From contig JBLMZF010000106.1 of the NCBI GenBank assembly GCA_050258655.1, positions 2,669-66,668 on the forward strand: a DNA stretch of 64,000 bases. The letters are read 5' to 3'. The notes under the pieces are model-generated. The model saw nothing but the letters and a program-made list of their open reading frames with translations, did not search any database and was not told where the DNA came from. Positions 61,237-64,000 of this stretch are shown here, piece after piece. Source of the DNA: Deltaproteobacteria bacterium (GTDB taxonomy: Bacteria > Omnitrophota > Gorgyraeia > Gygaellales > Profunditerraquicolaceae). Made by a program: the position numbers and the translations under genes. Position 1 is the first letter of the stretch. Each line of letters starts with the position of its first letter.

Positions 61237-64000
61237 TTACTGCAGGGCGGCGGTCTCGAGGCCCAGAACGACCTTCAGGGTCTCGATAATGTCTTTGGAA
61301 GAACGGGTGCCGTTCTCCTCTTCCAGCCTGAGGATATAGGCGATGCGGGTCCTGGCCCGGGCTATTGCGGCAGGGGCAGCGGGTACATGCTCACGGCAGT
61401 CGCCCAGGTAGCCCTTGACACTATCTTCGCTGGGCATCATCCCCGCGACAAGCATATTGTCGAACCGGAAGTCGACGCCGCCGGCGGCGTCCTCCCCTCC
61501 GTCCTTCGCGAGCTTCGGGCTCAATCTCGTGTAGTCCTGATGCACAACCGCGTAACCGCCTGCGGCTTCCATCTTCGCCAGGAACTTCTCCCACGGCATC
61601 TTGTAAAGCGCGACCAGGAGCCCGAAGCCGGGTCTCTGAGGGTCGATGGCCTGCTCGCCCGGGTCTTTACCGGTCGTCCGCTCGATATGCTTCCGGTACG
61701 CCTGCTGTCTAAACAGCATTGCCTTGGGGGTCGCCCGGGACTTGCCCGAATCACGCATCATCTCGACTAACTCCCGGCTGTCGGTCTTATTCACTACCTC
61801 CTTGAACTGCTCTTCTGGAATCGAATCTATGACCAGCGACCAGTCAGTCGGTTCATATATATGACCGTAGTCCAGAATGATCACTTTCTTCAGCATTCCC
61901 AGTTCCGGTTTATTCTGATAAGCCTGAGTGACATGGGCAAGTAACAGAGGATTATTATAGACTGCGTACTTGATGCTGCGGGCGAGCTGATATTCCGCAT
62001 CTGAGCCTATAGCGCTTATCCACGAGACGATAAGATCATCCAATTCAGAAAAGCCGATCCTAATGCTATTAGAGGATTCAAGCGAATCGGCTAAAGCTTC
62101 GGCAAGATCATCCTTAACAGGAATCTTGTTTGTCTCTTTTATGCCTGAAATAACCTGCCCGTACAGAGCAGGATTACCACTGATGGCATACTTCAGAATA
62201 TTGGTCGTTGTCAAACCATTAAAGGCATGGACAAGTATATCCATTTCTTCAGGAGTGACCTTAATGTGCAGGTATCCGTTGCTTGCATAACGAAGGAGAA
62301 CTTCGATAGCCTCTGTAAGCGCAGTTATAACAGCTTCGTTCCTGGTTTCTTTTAAAGCCGTGACCATCAATTTATACACTTCCTCGTTATTCTTGACGGC
62401 ATCGATCGCATTGATAAAGACCCACTGTAGATTTCCCCAGGCAAACTCGCCTTTCGCAGCGTCAAGCGCGGCAATAAGAGTATGCAGATCGTCGGAAGAC
62501 AACCTTAGATCATACTTTTTCCCGCGGGCGGCCTTGAAAGCGTCGATTAAGACTTCGGCCAGCACGTCACGGACACTGTCCTCTGTCGTTACTTTCAAAG
62601 CGGCGATGACCTGGCCGTACAATTCCGGGCTGTTAAGCAGCATGTTATTAATATCCTCTTTTAACTGCCGCGGAATCCCGTACCGAGATACCCGTCTGAG
62701 CGCTTCTAATTTTTCTTTTAATGACTGTTCTTCCCCACCGTCCTTAGCGGCCCACGCGCTCAATCTTGTAGGCTCCTTGTGCACGACTTCATATCCTCCC
62801 GAGGCCTCCATCTTCGCCAGAAACTTCTCCCAGGGCATTTTGTAGAGCGCGACAAGGAGGGAAAATCCTTCTTTCTTTGGATCGATGGGCTGTTCTCCGG
62901 GATCCTCGCCGCCAGCCCGCTTGATCGACTCCCTGTACGCGATCTGTTTCATGGCCATGGCCTTGCTTGTCACCTGGCCATTGTCTACGGCAAAGAACAT
63001 ATCCCTGTAACCATCTTCATCTCCCTTAATAAGGGCATGAAGAGCATCCGAGGGGATCGACGACAGGACGAGCGACCAGTCTGTCCGGCTGTTAATGCCA
63101 AGATATTCGTGCGGATAGAGGCCGTTTTGTCTGCATCTTTCAAATGCCGAGCCGAACAAAGGCTGCAAGCGGGGCCATTCACGTTTGCCCAAAGAGCTCC
63201 TTACAGCGGATACCAGGGTGAGATCATTCCACAAGGCTTCCTGGATACTCTCTTCGAAACGATCGATAGCCCATTTAGAATCCGTTACTCCTTGCGGTAT
63301 AGTAAAGAGCGCGTCAATGAGGGCGCCGAATTCCTCCTGGGCCAAAACGATCGGCCGCCCGTCTTCTCTGGAAAACTTCAGGGAAGTGACTAATGTCCTC
63401 GCGAACATCCCCCGCCAGGTAACGGTCCCGGCACCCTTGATCTCGGCAAAGAAACGTCCCATCATCTGCGGATTCTTCCTGAGCGCTCCCTCGACGCACA
63501 TTTCATAATCCCAGAGCTCTTCGTCATGCCTTTCGTAGGCGCTCCTCATAAGCGCGATATAGAAATCGAACTCTTCCGGCGTCCCCCTGAGGATCCGCGT
63601 GGCGCGGGACGTCCTCAACGCATAACCGAGAGCATACACAAGCGCGCGCGATTCTTCTTCTCCGGCGACCCGCAAGGCCGCGACGACCTGTTTATACAAG
63701 GCCGGGTTTACATGGAGAGTGTAGGTGATTTCCTGTTTAAGATGGTACTTTTCTTCTTTTGAAGAAGCCAGCTTGAGCGCCTCGATCTTCCCTGCGAGAT
63801 AAGACGTATTGTAGATATCCTTCTTCGACCTTCTCCCGCCGTCCTTCGCGATCTTCGGGCTCAGCCTTGTGTAATCAGCGTGTACCGCCGCGTATCCGCC
63901 ACAGGCTTCTATCTTCGCCAGGAACTTCTCCCACGGCATCTTGTAGAGCGCGACCAGGAGCGAGAAACCGGGTTTCTGCGGGTCGATAGGCTGCTCGCCG
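61237..64000 (-). CDS. C-terminal part of a large modular KDGG-repeat protein (5' end outside window)
   Basis: Frame is open to the window edge (GEQPIDPQKPGFSLLVALYKMPW...); three copies of a conserved block ending KDGG; terminal GGVDF. Confidence 0.85.
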   Translation of the reverse strand, partial: GEQPIDPQKPGFSLLVALYKMPWEKFLAKIEACGGYAAVHADYTRLSPKIAKDGGRRSKKDIYNTSYLAGKIEALKLASSKEEKYHLKQEITYTLHVNPALYKQVVAALRVAGEEESRALVYALGYALRTSRATRILRGTPEEFDFYIALMRSAYERHDEELWDYEMCVEGALRKNPQMMGRFFAEIKGAGTVTWRGMFARTLVTSLKFSREDGRPIVLAQEEFGALIDALFTIPQGVTDSKWAIDRFEESIQEALWNDLTLVSAVRSSLGKREWPRLQPLFGSAFERCRQNGLYPHEYLGINSRTDWSLVLSSIPSDALHALIKGDEDGYRDMFFAVDNGQVTSKAMAMKQIAYRESIKRAGGEDPGEQPIDPKKEGFSLLVALYKMPWEKFLAKMEASGGYEVVHKEPTRLSAWAAKDGGEEQSLKEKLEALRRVSRYGIPRQLKEDINNMLLNSPELYGQVIAALKVTTEDSVRDVLAEVLIDAFKAARGKKYDLRLSSDDLHTLIAALDAAKGEFAWGNLQWVFINAIDAVKNNEEVYKLMVTALKETRNEAVITALTEAIEVLLRYASNGYLHIKVTPEEMDILVHAFNGLTTTNILKYAISGNPALYGQVISGIKETNKIPVKDDLAEALADSLESSNSIRIGFSELDDLIVSWISAIGSDAEYQLARSIKYAVYNNPLLLAHVTQAYQNKPELGMLKKVIILDYGHIYEPTDWSLVIDSIPEEQFKEVVNKTDSRELVEMMRDSGKSRATPKAMLFRQQAYRKHIERTTGKDPGEQAIDPQRPGFGLLVALYKMPWEKFLAKMEAAGGYAVVHQDYTRLSPKLAKDGGEDAAGGVDFRFDNMLVAGMMPSEDSVKGYLGDCREHVPAAPAAIARARTRIAYILRLEEENGTRSSKDIIETLKVVLGLETAALQ

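Noticed and set aside
61495-64000. Possible DGR template/variable repeat pair
   Set aside because: All copies are in-frame coding repeats, differences are not adenine-specific, and no reverse transcriptase is in the window.

Overview
GC-rich bacterial chromosomal window, almost all genes on the minus strand. It is probably from the PVC group/Omnitrophota, an inference from gene content, stand-alone PilZ proteins and a KDGG-repeat large protein. Most of it is housekeeping: lnt-secA-prfB (programmed frameshift), uvrC, murJ, rpsT, holA-lptE-bamD-comEC-comEA-leuS, nfo, tRNA-Ala/tRNA-Leu, rlmN, dusB, accA, comM, folE-mnmE-folC-purH and an EF-G paralog. A ~13 kb general-stress block carries LigD/Ku, TreZ, a glycogen debranching enzyme and DUF1328-, ElaB- and ferritin-like genes. 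Stand-out items are: (1) the 3' end of a large modular protein made of ~370-410 aa units, each closed by a conserved ~115 aa block ending in KDGG, with nested helical sub-repeats; (2) an AT-rich RAYT-type HUH transposase flanked by inverted REP palindromes, with related and unrelated REP-like palindromes scattered through the window; (3) a triple-hairpin leader of tRNA-Leu whose stems copy the base of the tRNA acceptor stem; (4) apparent pseudo-enzymes, namely a PilT with Walker B E->N and a P-loop-less YchF next to a trimmed EF-G paralog. All calls come from reading motifs by eye; no database searches were run.
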